In this document: in pieces, positions 36,453-45,599 of the stretch
Layout: each line of letters opens with the position of its first letter
How positions within the stretch are numbered: the first letter of the stretch is position 1
Source of the DNA: Candidatus Gastranaerophilales bacterium
Lineage (GTDB): Bacteria; Cyanobacteriota; Vampirovibrionia; Gastranaerophilales; Gastranaerophilaceae
Reading direction: 5' to 3'
Length of the DNA stretch: 64,000 nucleotides
NCBI GenBank assembly: GCA_944323265.1
Contig: CALURX010000001.1
Location: 39,430-103,429, forward strand
Program-made: the position numbers and the translations under genes
The notes under the pieces: generated by a model
Database searches by the model: none
Seen by the model: only the letters and a program-made list of their open reading frames with translations
Told to the model about the DNA's origin: nothing

Positions 36453-38087
36453 GTGAGAGAGAGACAAGGCTTTTCATTAATGGAGATGATGATTGTGCTG
36501 CTTATAATGGCGATAATAGCCGCAGCAACAGCACCTATTGTAAGTAAGAAGATGACCAAGAGTGCATCAGGAACAAGCGCAACCCCCTGGGTATTTACGG
36601 GAGAAGGAAAAAATATTGCCTACAATATGGGCGGTTTGAGTAATGCTACTGCTATAATCGGTGCAGCAAAGGTTCCTGAAGGAACAAATGCAAGACTTTA
36701 TATAGACTGCGGCGATAATACCGCTCAAATAGCCTTAGGAAGCGGAGATACAGCTGCGAATATTTTGGCAGACCCTGTAGGGAATCGTGTTGCTATATAT
36801 AGTGCAGAAAGTAACCTCTCAGTATCCAGAGATTCCGTAGCAATTGGTATGGGGCAAGGCTCTCTAGGTACAGCAGGCGTTGTATCAATTGGCTCAAAAT
36901 CCAGTGCCAGTGATACATATAATACCGCAATAGGTTATTCAGCAAACGCCAGTGGCCAATATTCAACAGCAATTGGAGCGTCTACTAAGGCTTCTAGTAC
37001 TTATTCAACTGCAATCGGTAATGAATCAGAGGTAACAGGGGAATTTAGTTTGGCAAGCGGTGCAAGAGCTAAAGCTGCAAAGGGATGTGTCGCAGTGGGG
37101 GCAAAAGCACAAGCAACCGGTTCACAAAGTATAGCTATAGGCGGCGGCTCTCCTACAGGCAATGGACCTGTTTCAACTCATACTAATTCTATAGCAATAG
37201 GAACTTTGGCAAAGGTAACTAATGTAGATTCTATAGCAATAGGTAATCAAGCGACTGTTTCAGGGGACAATTCTGTTGCAATAGGCTCTTTACCTTCTGC
37301 AGCGGCCAATTTGGCTATTGCAGTAGGTCAAAAGGCACAGGCTTCAGGATTTAATTTCATCGCAATTGGTTCTGGCAGTAATGCTGATTATCCGAGGGCA
37401 ACAAAGAGAGGAGCTGTAGCGATAGGTTATAATGCTTTTGCCACAAATGAACAATCTTATGCTATAGGAAACAACGCAAAAACAACTGCAAATAACCAAA
37501 TTGTCTTAGGAAGCCGTGATTATACCGTATATATTCCGGAAAATCTTATTGTGATGGGAACAACTATGCTTGGCGGTACCCCAGGAAGTCTTACGCATAT
37601 TAGAGAAGAACATTCTAATCATAATATTTTGACTGTTTATGGTGTAAGTGACAGTACAATGCGTAGTAACGATAAACACTATAGCGGGGTAACAATAGGA
37701 GGCATAACCTTCACCAGATATAGCTCTGACAGACGATTAAAGAATATCGGTAAAAAATATACAGCAGGGCTTGATGAACTTAAAAAACTTGATTTTTATC
37801 ACTATACTTTCAAAAAAGATAAAAATAAAATACCTCATGTTGGTGTAATAGCACAGGATTTACAAAAGGTATTTCCTGATGCTGTTACAAAAGCTGAAGA
37901 TGGTTATTTGCAAATCCGGTTTGAAGATATGTTTTATGCTGTTATCAATGCCGTTAAAGAGCTTGATAATAAACTAAGCAGCATTATCGCAAAAAATAAC
38001 GAACAGGATAAAATTATAAAAGCGCAGCAACAGACCATTGGGGAACTTGAAAAACGTCTAGCTAAGCTGGAAAAAGAAAAATCTTAG
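36453..38087 (+). CDS. Prepilin-type N-terminus + YadA-like head repeats + peptidase S74 tail-fibre chaperone + coiled-coil
   Basis: QG|FSLMEMMIVLLIMAIIAA (G-1, F1, E5); about 16 S.AIG repeats ending NQIVLG; SSDRRLKNIG...GVIAQDLQKVFPDAV...LQIRFEDM; C-terminal heptads. Confidence 0.9.
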   Translation: MRERQGFSLMEMMIVLLIMAIIAAATAPIVSKKMTKSASGTSATPWVFTGEGKNIAYNMGGLSNATAIIGAAKVPEGTNARLYIDCGDNTAQIALGSGDTAANILADPVGNRVAIYSAESNLSVSRDSVAIGMGQGSLGTAGVVSIGSKSSASDTYNTAIGYSANASGQYSTAIGASTKASSTYSTAIGNESEVTGEFSLASGARAKAAKGCVAVGAKAQATGSQSIAIGGGSPTGNGPVSTHTNSIAIGTLAKVTNVDSIAIGNQATVSGDNSVAIGSLPSAAANLAIAVGQKAQASGFNFIAIGSGSNADYPRATKRGAVAIGYNAFATNEQSYAIGNNAKTTANNQIVLGSRDYTVYIPENLIVMGTTMLGGTPGSLTHIREEHSNHNILTVYGVSDSTMRSNDKHYSGVTIGGITFTRYSSDRRLKNIGKKYTAGLDELKKLDFYHYTFKKDKNKIPHVGVIAQDLQKVFPDAVTKAEDGYLQIRFEDMFYAVINAVKELDNKLSSIIAKNNEQDKIIKAQQQTIGELEKRLAKLEKEKS

Positions 38088-38111
38088 CCGCTCACTTCGG
38101 CTATCCTTTCG

Positions 38112-38140
38112 AGTGCTGGAAATTTCCAGCACTTTTTTTT
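38112..38140 (+). terminator. Intrinsic terminator after the adhesin gene
   Basis: AGTGCTGGAA-at-TTCCAGCACT followed by T run. Confidence 0.88.
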
Positions 38141-38192
38141 GACTTTTATAATTACACAAGTATATAATATTATAAGTTGAGAGGATGGTTGT

Positions 38193-38861
38193 ATGAAAAA
38201 AATAGCAGCTTTATTAATATTTGCAGGGCTTTCGCTTACCCCTGTATGGGCAAAGAAGTATGAACCTGTGCCTTCAAATGTACAGCTGCCTGCAAAATAT
38301 ACTCAGGAATATATTGACAGTATTTCTGATGAATACAAAAATATTTCAGATGAACAGATTTTTCATGTCGCTTTAGATATGCTTAAAGATACAACAGGAG
38401 AGTTTTCCAGAAAGGCGCTTCTTGGTTATAACGTGACACAATATCCTGTAAAGGTTATGTTCAAGGATTTGTCTGAAATCAATGAAGCGTATTCTTCTTT
38501 TGACGCTATTGGCTGGAAGAAAAAAGGGAAATTGTATGTTTATATAAACCCTAAGCATGAGTACGCTCCACCTGGAGCTTTAGCAGCTCTGCTGGCACAT
38601 GAGGCAATTCATCAGGATGAGTATAATTCATTGAGTGAAGAAACTTATGCATGGACAATGGAGGCTGTTGTTTGGTCTGAGATTCTGCAAAAGTATCCTG
38701 AATCAAACAATTTGGAATCAGCACTTGTTACAAGAGAAAATGTCCTAAAACAATTGCTTGATAAGGGGGCTCATACTAATAAGTACATTAAGAAAACTGT
38801 TTATGCCAATGAAGGTTACAAGAATCTTCAGCTAACATCTCCAGGATTTGATTATAAATAA
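38193..38861 (+). CDS. Secreted hypothetical protein with HExxH (putative zinc metallopeptidase)
   Basis: Signal peptide ending VWA; LAHEAIHQD...EE. Confidence 0.7.
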   Translation: MKKIAALLIFAGLSLTPVWAKKYEPVPSNVQLPAKYTQEYIDSISDEYKNISDEQIFHVALDMLKDTTGEFSRKALLGYNVTQYPVKVMFKDLSEINEAYSSFDAIGWKKKGKLYVYINPKHEYAPPGALAALLAHEAIHQDEYNSLSEETYAWTMEAVVWSEILQKYPESNNLESALVTRENVLKQLLDKGAHTNKYIKKTVYANEGYKNLQLTSPGFDYK

Positions 38862-38931
38862 CTTTATAATTAGCATGCTGAGCTGCCATAAGTATATTGA
38901 TTACTTATCGTACTTGATGTTAAATTGAGAT

Positions 38932-40158
38932 ATGAAGAAAAAACATATACTTATATTTTTATTGTCCGTACTTATTTTAGTAATATTTAATAATGTGTTC
39001 TTGTCAATGTTTACCAGAACTAATGATTTTTTTGCAAAACAGGTTTTGGTAAATTCTGCAGAGATTGAGCCGCAAAAGCTGTTTGATAAAACTTGGAAAG
39101 TTATAAGTAAAGAGTATTATGAACCGAGCTTAAATCATCAGGATTGGTCAAAATGGAAAGAGCGTTATCATAATAAAATCAAGACTGATGATGACGCAAG
39201 AGTTGCTATTGATACGATGATTGCAAGTCTCAATGAGCCTTATACACGGTTTATGCCCAAAAAGGATTATCAAGACTTAACAACGTCTATTACTTCTAAA
39301 ATTTATGGTATTGGGGTTAATATCTATTCAAATTCCGGTAAAATAGAGATTTTTAATGTAATGCCGTCTACTCCGGCTGAGTTTGCGCAACTAAAACAGG
39401 GAGATATTATTACAGCTGTTGACGGCAAAGATACAAATGGTATGAATATTTCTGACGTTGCAGCTCTTGTAAGGGGGCCTGAAAATAGTGTTGTTGAATT
39501 AACGATTTTAAGAGACGGAAAGAAGCTTACAAAAAAAATTAAGAGAAAAGAAATAAAAATAAAAACAGTTAAAAGTTCTATAGTAGACAATCATATCGGC
39601 TATATACAGATAATAAGCTTTATGAGCGGGACTACTCCGAACGAATTTATGGAGGCTCTTGAAAATACCAGAAATACAGATAAGCTTATTATAGATTTAA
39701 GAGGAAATACCGGCGGGCTTTTGGATAATGCTGTATTTATTGCGGATATGTTTATCTCAAATGGCCCGATTGTTGATATAATTTATAGAAACGGTTATAA
39801 AAAATCAATTATGGCGCAAAATGATCAGTTTCCGCTTAATAAACCTGTGGTTGTTCTTGTTAATGGAGCAAGCGCAAGCGCAAGTGAGATTTTGTCTGGA
39901 GCGCTTAAAGATTACCACAAGGCAACGTTGGTCGGCAGAAAAACTTTTGGCAAGGGGCTTGTACAAAAAGTCGTGCCTCTTCCAAATGAAACAGGGCTTA
40001 ATGTAACAATTGCAAGGTATCTAACGCCTAACGGAACTGATATCAACAAGCTTGGTATAAAGCCGGATATTGAGGTAGGAAACGAGTTTGACTTCTTTAT
40101 TGATTCAAAAAAAGACGTGCAGCTTGAAAAGGCGAAAGAAATTTTGAACAAAGAATGA
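38932..40158 (+). CDS. ctpA: Carboxyl-terminal processing protease (S41, PDZ)
   Basis: GIGV PDZ loop, IDLRGNTGGLL, SASASEILSGAL, TFGKGLVQ, GIKPDI. Confidence 0.93.
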   Translation: MKKKHILIFLLSVLILVIFNNVFLSMFTRTNDFFAKQVLVNSAEIEPQKLFDKTWKVISKEYYEPSLNHQDWSKWKERYHNKIKTDDDARVAIDTMIASLNEPYTRFMPKKDYQDLTTSITSKIYGIGVNIYSNSGKIEIFNVMPSTPAEFAQLKQGDIITAVDGKDTNGMNISDVAALVRGPENSVVELTILRDGKKLTKKIKRKEIKIKTVKSSIVDNHIGYIQIISFMSGTTPNEFMEALENTRNTDKLIIDLRGNTGGLLDNAVFIADMFISNGPIVDIIYRNGYKKSIMAQNDQFPLNKPVVVLVNGASASASEILSGALKDYHKATLVGRKTFGKGLVQKVVPLPNETGLNVTIARYLTPNGTDINKLGIKPDIEVGNEFDFFIDSKKDVQLEKAKEILNKE

Positions 40159-41288
40159 AAAGAATTGTAGAAGAACTGGATGTATTAAAAAATAATGCTC
40201 AATTTAGGTGTATTCCTGACATTGAATCTAAATCAGACGGCAAAATTGTCGTAGACGGCAAAGAGTACGTAAATTTTGCTTCAAACGATTATCTGGGAAT
40301 CAGTACTAAGAAGGATTTAAGACAGGAATTTCTGCAGAATACTGATTACCTTATGTCAACTGCATCTGCAAGGCTGTTAACAGGAAGCTCTCCTGAATAC
40401 AGGCAGCTTGAAAATACCGTTGCGAAGCTTTGGAACAAAGAAGCTGCTCTTATATTTAATACAGGCTACCAATGTAATCTAGGCGTTATATCTGCGCTTA
40501 TAGGCAAAGGTGATGTTGTATTTTCCGATAAACTCAACCATGCAAGTATAATTGACGGTATGCAGCTTTCAAGAGGCGAGTTTTTTAGATATAAACATCT
40601 GGATTATGAAAATCTTGAAAATATACTTAAGGCTAAGAGGGGTCAATATAACAGGGCTATTATTGTTTCTGAATCCGTATTCAGTATGGATGGAGATGTC
40701 GCAGATATCGATAAGTTAATCGAACTTAAAAATAAGTATGACTGTATTTTGATGATTGATGAGGCGCACGCTTTTTGTTGTTTTGGAAAAAATTTTACCG
40801 GAGTATCCTTCGGCAAAGACGTTGATATAGTAACAGCCACATTTGGCAAAGCTGTCGGCTCTTTTGGGGCATTTTGTACTGCATCACGCCCGATTATTGA
40901 ATATTTAATCAATAAGGCGCGCTCTTTTATATTCTCAACCTCAATTCCGCCGATTAACATTGCCTGGTCAAATTGGCTTTTAACACATAAGCAGGACTAT
41001 TTAAAAGAACAAAGAGCAAAATTGGATACTCTGGTTTATGAAGTTCATACGATATTGAATCAACGAGGCATTATAACCCCTTCCGGCTCACACATTATAC
41101 CTATCCTTATAGGAGATAACGAAAAGACTGTAAGGATATCAGAAGAGCTACGTGCACAAGGATTTTATATTCCCGCAATACGTCCGCCTACAGTGCCTCA
41201 AGGCTCCTCAAGGCTACGTATTTCACTAACAGCGGACTGTAAGGCGGAAGATTTTGAAAGGGTTCTGGATATAATACAAAAAGACTGA
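40155..41288 (+). CDS. bioF: 8-amino-7-oxononanoate synthase
   Basis: NFASNDYLG, FNTGYQCN, SDKLNHASIIDG, SVFSMDGD, DEAHA, TFGKA, AIRPPTVP. Confidence 0.92.
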   Translation: MKRIVEELDVLKNNAQFRCIPDIESKSDGKIVVDGKEYVNFASNDYLGISTKKDLRQEFLQNTDYLMSTASARLLTGSSPEYRQLENTVAKLWNKEAALIFNTGYQCNLGVISALIGKGDVVFSDKLNHASIIDGMQLSRGEFFRYKHLDYENLENILKAKRGQYNRAIIVSESVFSMDGDVADIDKLIELKNKYDCILMIDEAHAFCCFGKNFTGVSFGKDVDIVTATFGKAVGSFGAFCTASRPIIEYLINKARSFIFSTSIPPINIAWSNWLLTHKQDYLKEQRAKLDTLVYEVHTILNQRGIITPSGSHIIPILIGDNEKTVRISEELRAQGFYIPAIRPPTVPQGSSRLRISLTADCKAEDFERVLDIIQKD

Positions 41289-41310
41289 CATAAAATAGTC
41301 AGTCTTTTTA
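41281..41310. terminator. Bidirectional terminator bioF/rpmB
   Basis: AAAGACTGAC-ataaaata-GTCAGTCTTT. Confidence 0.8.
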
Positions 41311-41330
41311 GTAATTTTCTTTGATAAAAC

Positions 41331-41522
41331 CTATACAGCCTTTTGTACTTTACCGGCTTTTAAGCATGAAGTACAAACTGTCATTTTCTTAGTTTGACCG
41401 TTTACATTAACTCTGATATCCTGTAAGTTTGGAGTTTGTCTTTTAACGATTTGTTTATGAGAAAATGTTAATTTAGCTGCTTTTAAAGGCTTTTTACCGC
41501 ATACTTCACATTGTTTTGACAT
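41331..41522 (-). CDS. rpmB: 50S ribosomal protein L28
   Basis: MSKQCEVCGKK, RQTPNLQ, VCTSCLKAGKV. Confidence 0.96.
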   Translation of the reverse strand: MSKQCEVCGKKPLKAAKLTFSHKQIVKRQTPNLQDIRVNVNGQTKKMTVCTSCLKAGKVQKAV

Positions 41523-41649
41523 AATTCTATTTCCTTCTTTCTACCAGTGTATTCTAAGTGTACATTAAAAGGTTTAATTTTACAAGTACAAATGTAAATT
41601 TATTGTAACAATTAATAAAATTTAATTATTTAGAAGTTTTAGCCTAATT

Positions 41650-42279
41650 ATGAACAGTATTAATTTTAGGGCTAGAAAAATAGCAGAAACAAAAAATATT
41701 TATAAGAAAGTTGCTACCGACATTGATTTGTACGAACTTACTAAACGAGATAACCTTTTTCTGGTAAAGCTTGCCGGATCGACTAATTTTTCAAAACTGG
41801 TTCCTGATATGTGCGAGTATTATCAGTATAGATGGCAGAGAGTATTTAATTATGCCATAGAATCAGCAATTAATCCCAATTATAGGGCTTTTATTGCTCT
41901 GCATAATAACAAACCCTGCGGTATTATGACTTGTAAGCAGGATGGTAATAATTTATACCTCGACAGTATATGCGATATTCCTGTCAAAGGAGGAAAACGT
42001 GTTAATTATACCGGCAGTACCTTGTTTTGTCTTTTATATAAAATAGCAGAGGAATTGAATGTAAAAGGCATTTCTTTGGCTGCTGTACCGGATGGTCCGA
42101 TTGATGTCGTATCAAAATACCTTGATAAAGGTTTTAAAATTATAAATCAAAATGAATTATATACTGACATGTTTTGTTCAAAATACAAAATTAGAGAGAA
42201 GTTGAAAGAACTTCTCTCTAATATATCATATAAAACTATAAAAAAATCAAAAGATGTCTCTCTGGATGAATTTATCTAG
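41650..42279 (+). CDS. Hypothetical protein, probable GNAT-like fold
   Basis: PCGIM...LYLDSI...GSTLF...ISLAAV...YLDKGF pattern; N-terminus MNSINFRA. Confidence 0.6.
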   Translation: MNSINFRARKIAETKNIYKKVATDIDLYELTKRDNLFLVKLAGSTNFSKLVPDMCEYYQYRWQRVFNYAIESAINPNYRAFIALHNNKPCGIMTCKQDGNNLYLDSICDIPVKGGKRVNYTGSTLFCLLYKIAEELNVKGISLAAVPDGPIDVVSKYLDKGFKIINQNELYTDMFCSKYKIREKLKELLSNISYKTIKKSKDVSLDEFI

Positions 42280-42803
42280 TAATCCGACTGTTCGTAGTCG
42301 TCTTCGTCTTGAAGCGATGACAAATCCGAATCATATTTTGAATCAAAGTCCTCCGGCAGGTACTCATTGTCCGGCCAGATTGTTTCCTCGTCAAATCTGC
42401 AGGCACTTAAGTTTTCTGCAGATGAAAGGTCTGAATTAGTTAAATCAGCACCTTGAAATATTGCACCTGCAAGATCCGCATCAGAAAAATTGCAGTAATC
42501 AATCTTTGAGTAGCTGAAATCTGTACCATTTAACACGGATTCATTAAAAGATGATTCAACAACATTTGCTCGTGTAAAGTCAACAGAAGTTAAGTCACAG
42601 CCGTCAAATTTAATTTCAGAAAGGTGCGCATCCGCAAATGATGAAGATGTCAGATCTACATTTATAAATTCTGCCTGTTCAATATTTGAGTTTGAAAAAT
42701 CTGTTTCACTCAAATCAATCCCGCCTTTAGCATTCTTAACTTCGTTATTGAATGCCTCTGTATCTGTCAGTAATAGGTTTATTAATTCGTCTTTTGATAA
42801 CAT
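42276..42803 (-). CDS. Pentapeptide repeat protein
   Basis: A(D/N)LxxA-type repeats (CDLTSVDFTRA, ADLAGAIFQGADLTNSDLS). Confidence 0.92.
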   Translation of the reverse strand: MLSKDELINLLLTDTEAFNNEVKNAKGGIDLSETDFSNSNIEQAEFINVDLTSSSFADAHLSEIKFDGCDLTSVDFTRANVVESSFNESVLNGTDFSYSKIDYCNFSDADLAGAIFQGADLTNSDLSSAENLSACRFDEETIWPDNEYLPEDFDSKYDSDLSSLQDEDDYEQSDY

Positions 42804-42817
42804 TTTTTACCTTTCTT

Positions 42818-43444
42818 TTATTTGATTAAGTTAACTTGCATTGCAAGCAGAACTGCCTGAGTTCTATTCGTAACTTTCAGCTTTTTAAATATACTATTTA
42901 AATGTGTTTTTACCGTAACATCTCTTACGCATAATTTGTCTGCAATTTCCTGATTGCTTGCGCCTTTTGCGACAAGAGCCAAAACTTCTTTTTCCTTAGG
43001 TGTAAGAGCATCAATATTAACATCTTTATTAAGCGTTTTTTCACCCTTAGGAGCAGCTTCCTGCTGCCATTTGCAGCGTCTTAACACAGCTTCGATTCGT
43101 GCTAACAGGTTTGGTAATATAAACGGTTTAACGATATAGTCATCCGCGCCAATCTTAAGTCCTGAAACGACTTTCTGATCTTCGCTGACAGCCGTAATCA
43201 TAATAACCGGAATATATTTTAAATCCTTGTTGCTCCTAATAGCCTTTAAGGTATCCCATCCGTCCATATTAGGCATCATGACATCCAGCAATATTAAATC
43301 AAACGCTTCTTTTTTTTCTGTTAAGATTTTCAGCGCCTCAAGTCCGTCTTCTGCAACCGTAACGTCATAGCCGTACATTGGCAAGGCATCTTTTAAATAT
43401 TTAGGATTATCATCTACAACCAGTATAGAGGCTATTCCGCCCAT
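42818..43444 (-). CDS. Response regulator, REC + LuxR HTH
   Basis: LVVDDN, LLDVMMPNMDG, DYIVKPF, LTPKEKEVL...NRTQA. Confidence 0.93.
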   Translation of the reverse strand: MGGIASILVVDDNPKYLKDALPMYGYDVTVAEDGLEALKILTEKKEAFDLILLDVMMPNMDGWDTLKAIRSNKDLKYIPVIMITAVSEDQKVVSGLKIGADDYIVKPFILPNLLARIEAVLRRCKWQQEAAPKGEKTLNKDVNIDALTPKEKEVLALVAKGASNQEIADKLCVRDVTVKTHLNSIFKKLKVTNRTQAVLLAMQVNLIK

Positions 43445-43447
43445 AAT

Positions 43448-44095
43448 TTACACCAATCTTTCTTTTAACGCTTTTAGCGCTGCTTGTAGTCTATCATCTA
43501 CTTCAAGTTTTTGCAAGATACTTGCAACATGAGCTTTTGTTGTATTAATACTTACAAATAGTTCATTTGCAATTTCAATATTGCTGCAACCCTCTGTAAT
43601 AAGCTTTAGAATTTGTTTTTCTCTTGAAGTTAAGCCATAGTCTTTTTCAGGTTTTTGAACCTCTTTGTTATCAGATTTAGTCGCTGCCTCAAGTACAATG
43701 TGCGCAATAGCAGGATCAAACCAGGCCGCGCCATCAAGGACAGATTGAACAACCTGTATAAGATTTTTAGGGTTAATCTCTTTTGAGCAGTATGCATTTG
43801 CACCGGCTTTAAGGCTGCTCAAAACCTCACTCTCATCGTTATGAGAAGTCAAAATAACTATTTTAATATCCTTATTAAAGGACTTAATCTTTTTGCAAGC
43901 CTCAATTCCGTTCATTCCCGGAAGCCCTAAATCCATAATTATGAGATTAATTTCGTTTTCATTTACAATGCTTATACCCTTTTCAGCGGATTCGGCTTCA
44001 TAAATTGTGCCAACAAAATCACAAGCCTCAAAGGCTGTTTTTAATCCAAATCGTGTAAGTTCATGATCTTCTACTATTAAAATATTACTCTTCAT
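43448..44095 (-). CDS. Response regulator, NarL/LuxR family
   Basis: ILIVEDHELTR, MDLGLPGMNG, LTSREKQIL...DDRLQA; start set to MKSNI (44095). Confidence 0.93.
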   Translation of the reverse strand: MKSNILIVEDHELTRFGLKTAFEACDFVGTIYEAESAEKGISIVNENEINLIIMDLGLPGMNGIEACKKIKSFNKDIKIVILTSHNDESEVLSSLKAGANAYCSKEINPKNLIQVVQSVLDGAAWFDPAIAHIVLEAATKSDNKEVQKPEKDYGLTSREKQILKLITEGCSNIEIANELFVSINTTKAHVASILQKLEVDDRLQAALKALKERLV

Positions 44096-45599
44096 AGATA
44101 CTTTGTCCCGGATGCACATCTGCTGCGTAATCTGAGTTCAATCTGGAGCATTTTATCAGTGATTGATTGGCAAGATCCACATCACCCTTTGCTCTTAAAA
44201 CCAGACTTAAATAATAATAATATTTAAAGTTATTTACGTCAATATAATAAGAATTATTTAAATAAGTCGTTGCCATGGTATAATTCTGGTCTCTAATCGC
44301 CAAATTAGCCAATCCAAGCCATATATCGTTATTTGTAATGTCAATTGCTGCAACTCGCGGCAAATAGTAATCTGCTTTTTGAGGGAACACCTTAAGTGAT
44401 TCTACAAGCAAATCTTCATCATACTGATATTTTTTGAGCAGTTTTTCATACATTTTTTTTGACTTCTTGTCTTTTTCAAGCGCAAGATAGGTCTTTGCTA
44501 TTCCAACAGAAGGCTCTGCATCTTTAGTAAGCCTTTTTGCTTTTTTATAATATTTTAAAGCATCGTCATACTTACGGTTGTCGTAACTTAAATCTGCTAA
44601 AGTAATTGCGGCCAAGTAATTATCATTATCTTCCCTGAAAGCTCGGCCTGCAAATTCCTGCGCCTTTAAAGGCTCATCATTTTCATAATAGATTCGCCCC
44701 AGAAGCGAGAATATTAAAGGGCTGTACTGTTTTGCCTGTAATACAGCTGATTGAAGGACTTTTGTTGCAAGGAGGCTCTTATCCTGCAGGTGATAATAAT
44801 ACGCAAGATGGTAATCCTTCAGTGGTTCGGCCTTGGAGGTTTTATATAATACATATTCTTCTACAGAACGAACTTTTTTCTGGAAATCTATAGTTACAAA
44901 GTTTGTTTTCTTAATCTTTTCCAGAACTTTAAGTGCCTGCTTTGGTTTATTTAAATCTGCCAAAACTTTTGCTTTTAAGGACAGATAATTGATATTCTTA
45001 TCGTTTTCGACAATTGCATTATTTATATATTTAAGCGCCTGCTGCAAATCATTGGATTTGTAAAATCCAAGCGCTATGAGATAGTTTTTATAATCACTTT
45101 CTTCTGCCTGAACACTGTTCAGAAGCTCCGATGTGGTTTCTATTGCCATATTGTTATACATAATATTAGAATAAGCATCCGCAAGATAAATTATATCTTT
45201 CTGTTTCAGCATTCCGGAAGGATAATAATAGTTTCTTATATCCTGAACATAAGAAGACGTAAAAGCATTATTATCCAGCTTGTTTATTAAAGAATCGGAT
45301 AAATCAAAAAATCCGCACTCTGCCATCTTCATAGAATAAACAAGAAATACATAGTCATCATGCGCAGCTCTTTTAATTAAATCATTAAAATCATCATACG
45401 AGGCCTTTACGTTATTCTGCGCAAACCTGTTTTCCGCAGATGCGTACTTTGCTTTAACAAAGTTATCTTTAATAACCATATCCATATTAGCAACAGTAGT
45501 CTCCGCCTTAACCTGGAGCGGCTTCATTCCGGTTTCATTTGCTGCCAGAACCGGGCTTGAAAGTGCTATTAATGCTAATATAACTATATATTTACTCAT
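44085..45599 (-). CDS. Secreted tetratricopeptide repeat protein
   Basis: Signal peptide ending VLA; multiple TPR-like helical repeats. Confidence 0.85.
   Translation of the reverse strand: MSKYIVILALIALSSPVLAANETGMKPLQVKAETTVANMDMVIKDNFVKAKYASAENRFAQNNVKASYDDFNDLIKRAAHDDYVFLVYSMKMAECGFFDLSDSLINKLDNNAFTSSYVQDIRNYYYPSGMLKQKDIIYLADAYSNIMYNNMAIETTSELLNSVQAEESDYKNYLIALGFYKSNDLQQALKYINNAIVENDKNINYLSLKAKVLADLNKPKQALKVLEKIKKTNFVTIDFQKKVRSVEEYVLYKTSKAEPLKDYHLAYYYHLQDKSLLATKVLQSAVLQAKQYSPLIFSLLGRIYYENDEPLKAQEFAGRAFREDNDNYLAAITLADLSYDNRKYDDALKYYKKAKRLTKDAEPSVGIAKTYLALEKDKKSKKMYEKLLKKYQYDEDLLVESLKVFPQKADYYLPRVAAIDITNNDIWLGLANLAIRDQNYTMATTYLNNSYYIDVNNFKYYYYLSLVLRAKGDVDLANQSLIKCSRLNSDYAADVHPGQSIYEE

Noticed and set aside
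37722-38087. Prophage remnant suggested by the S74 tail-fibre domain (and the GH24 lysozyme at 32.5-32.9 kb)
   Set aside because: Both domains are fused into host-type proteins among housekeeping genes; no capsid, terminase, holin or integrase
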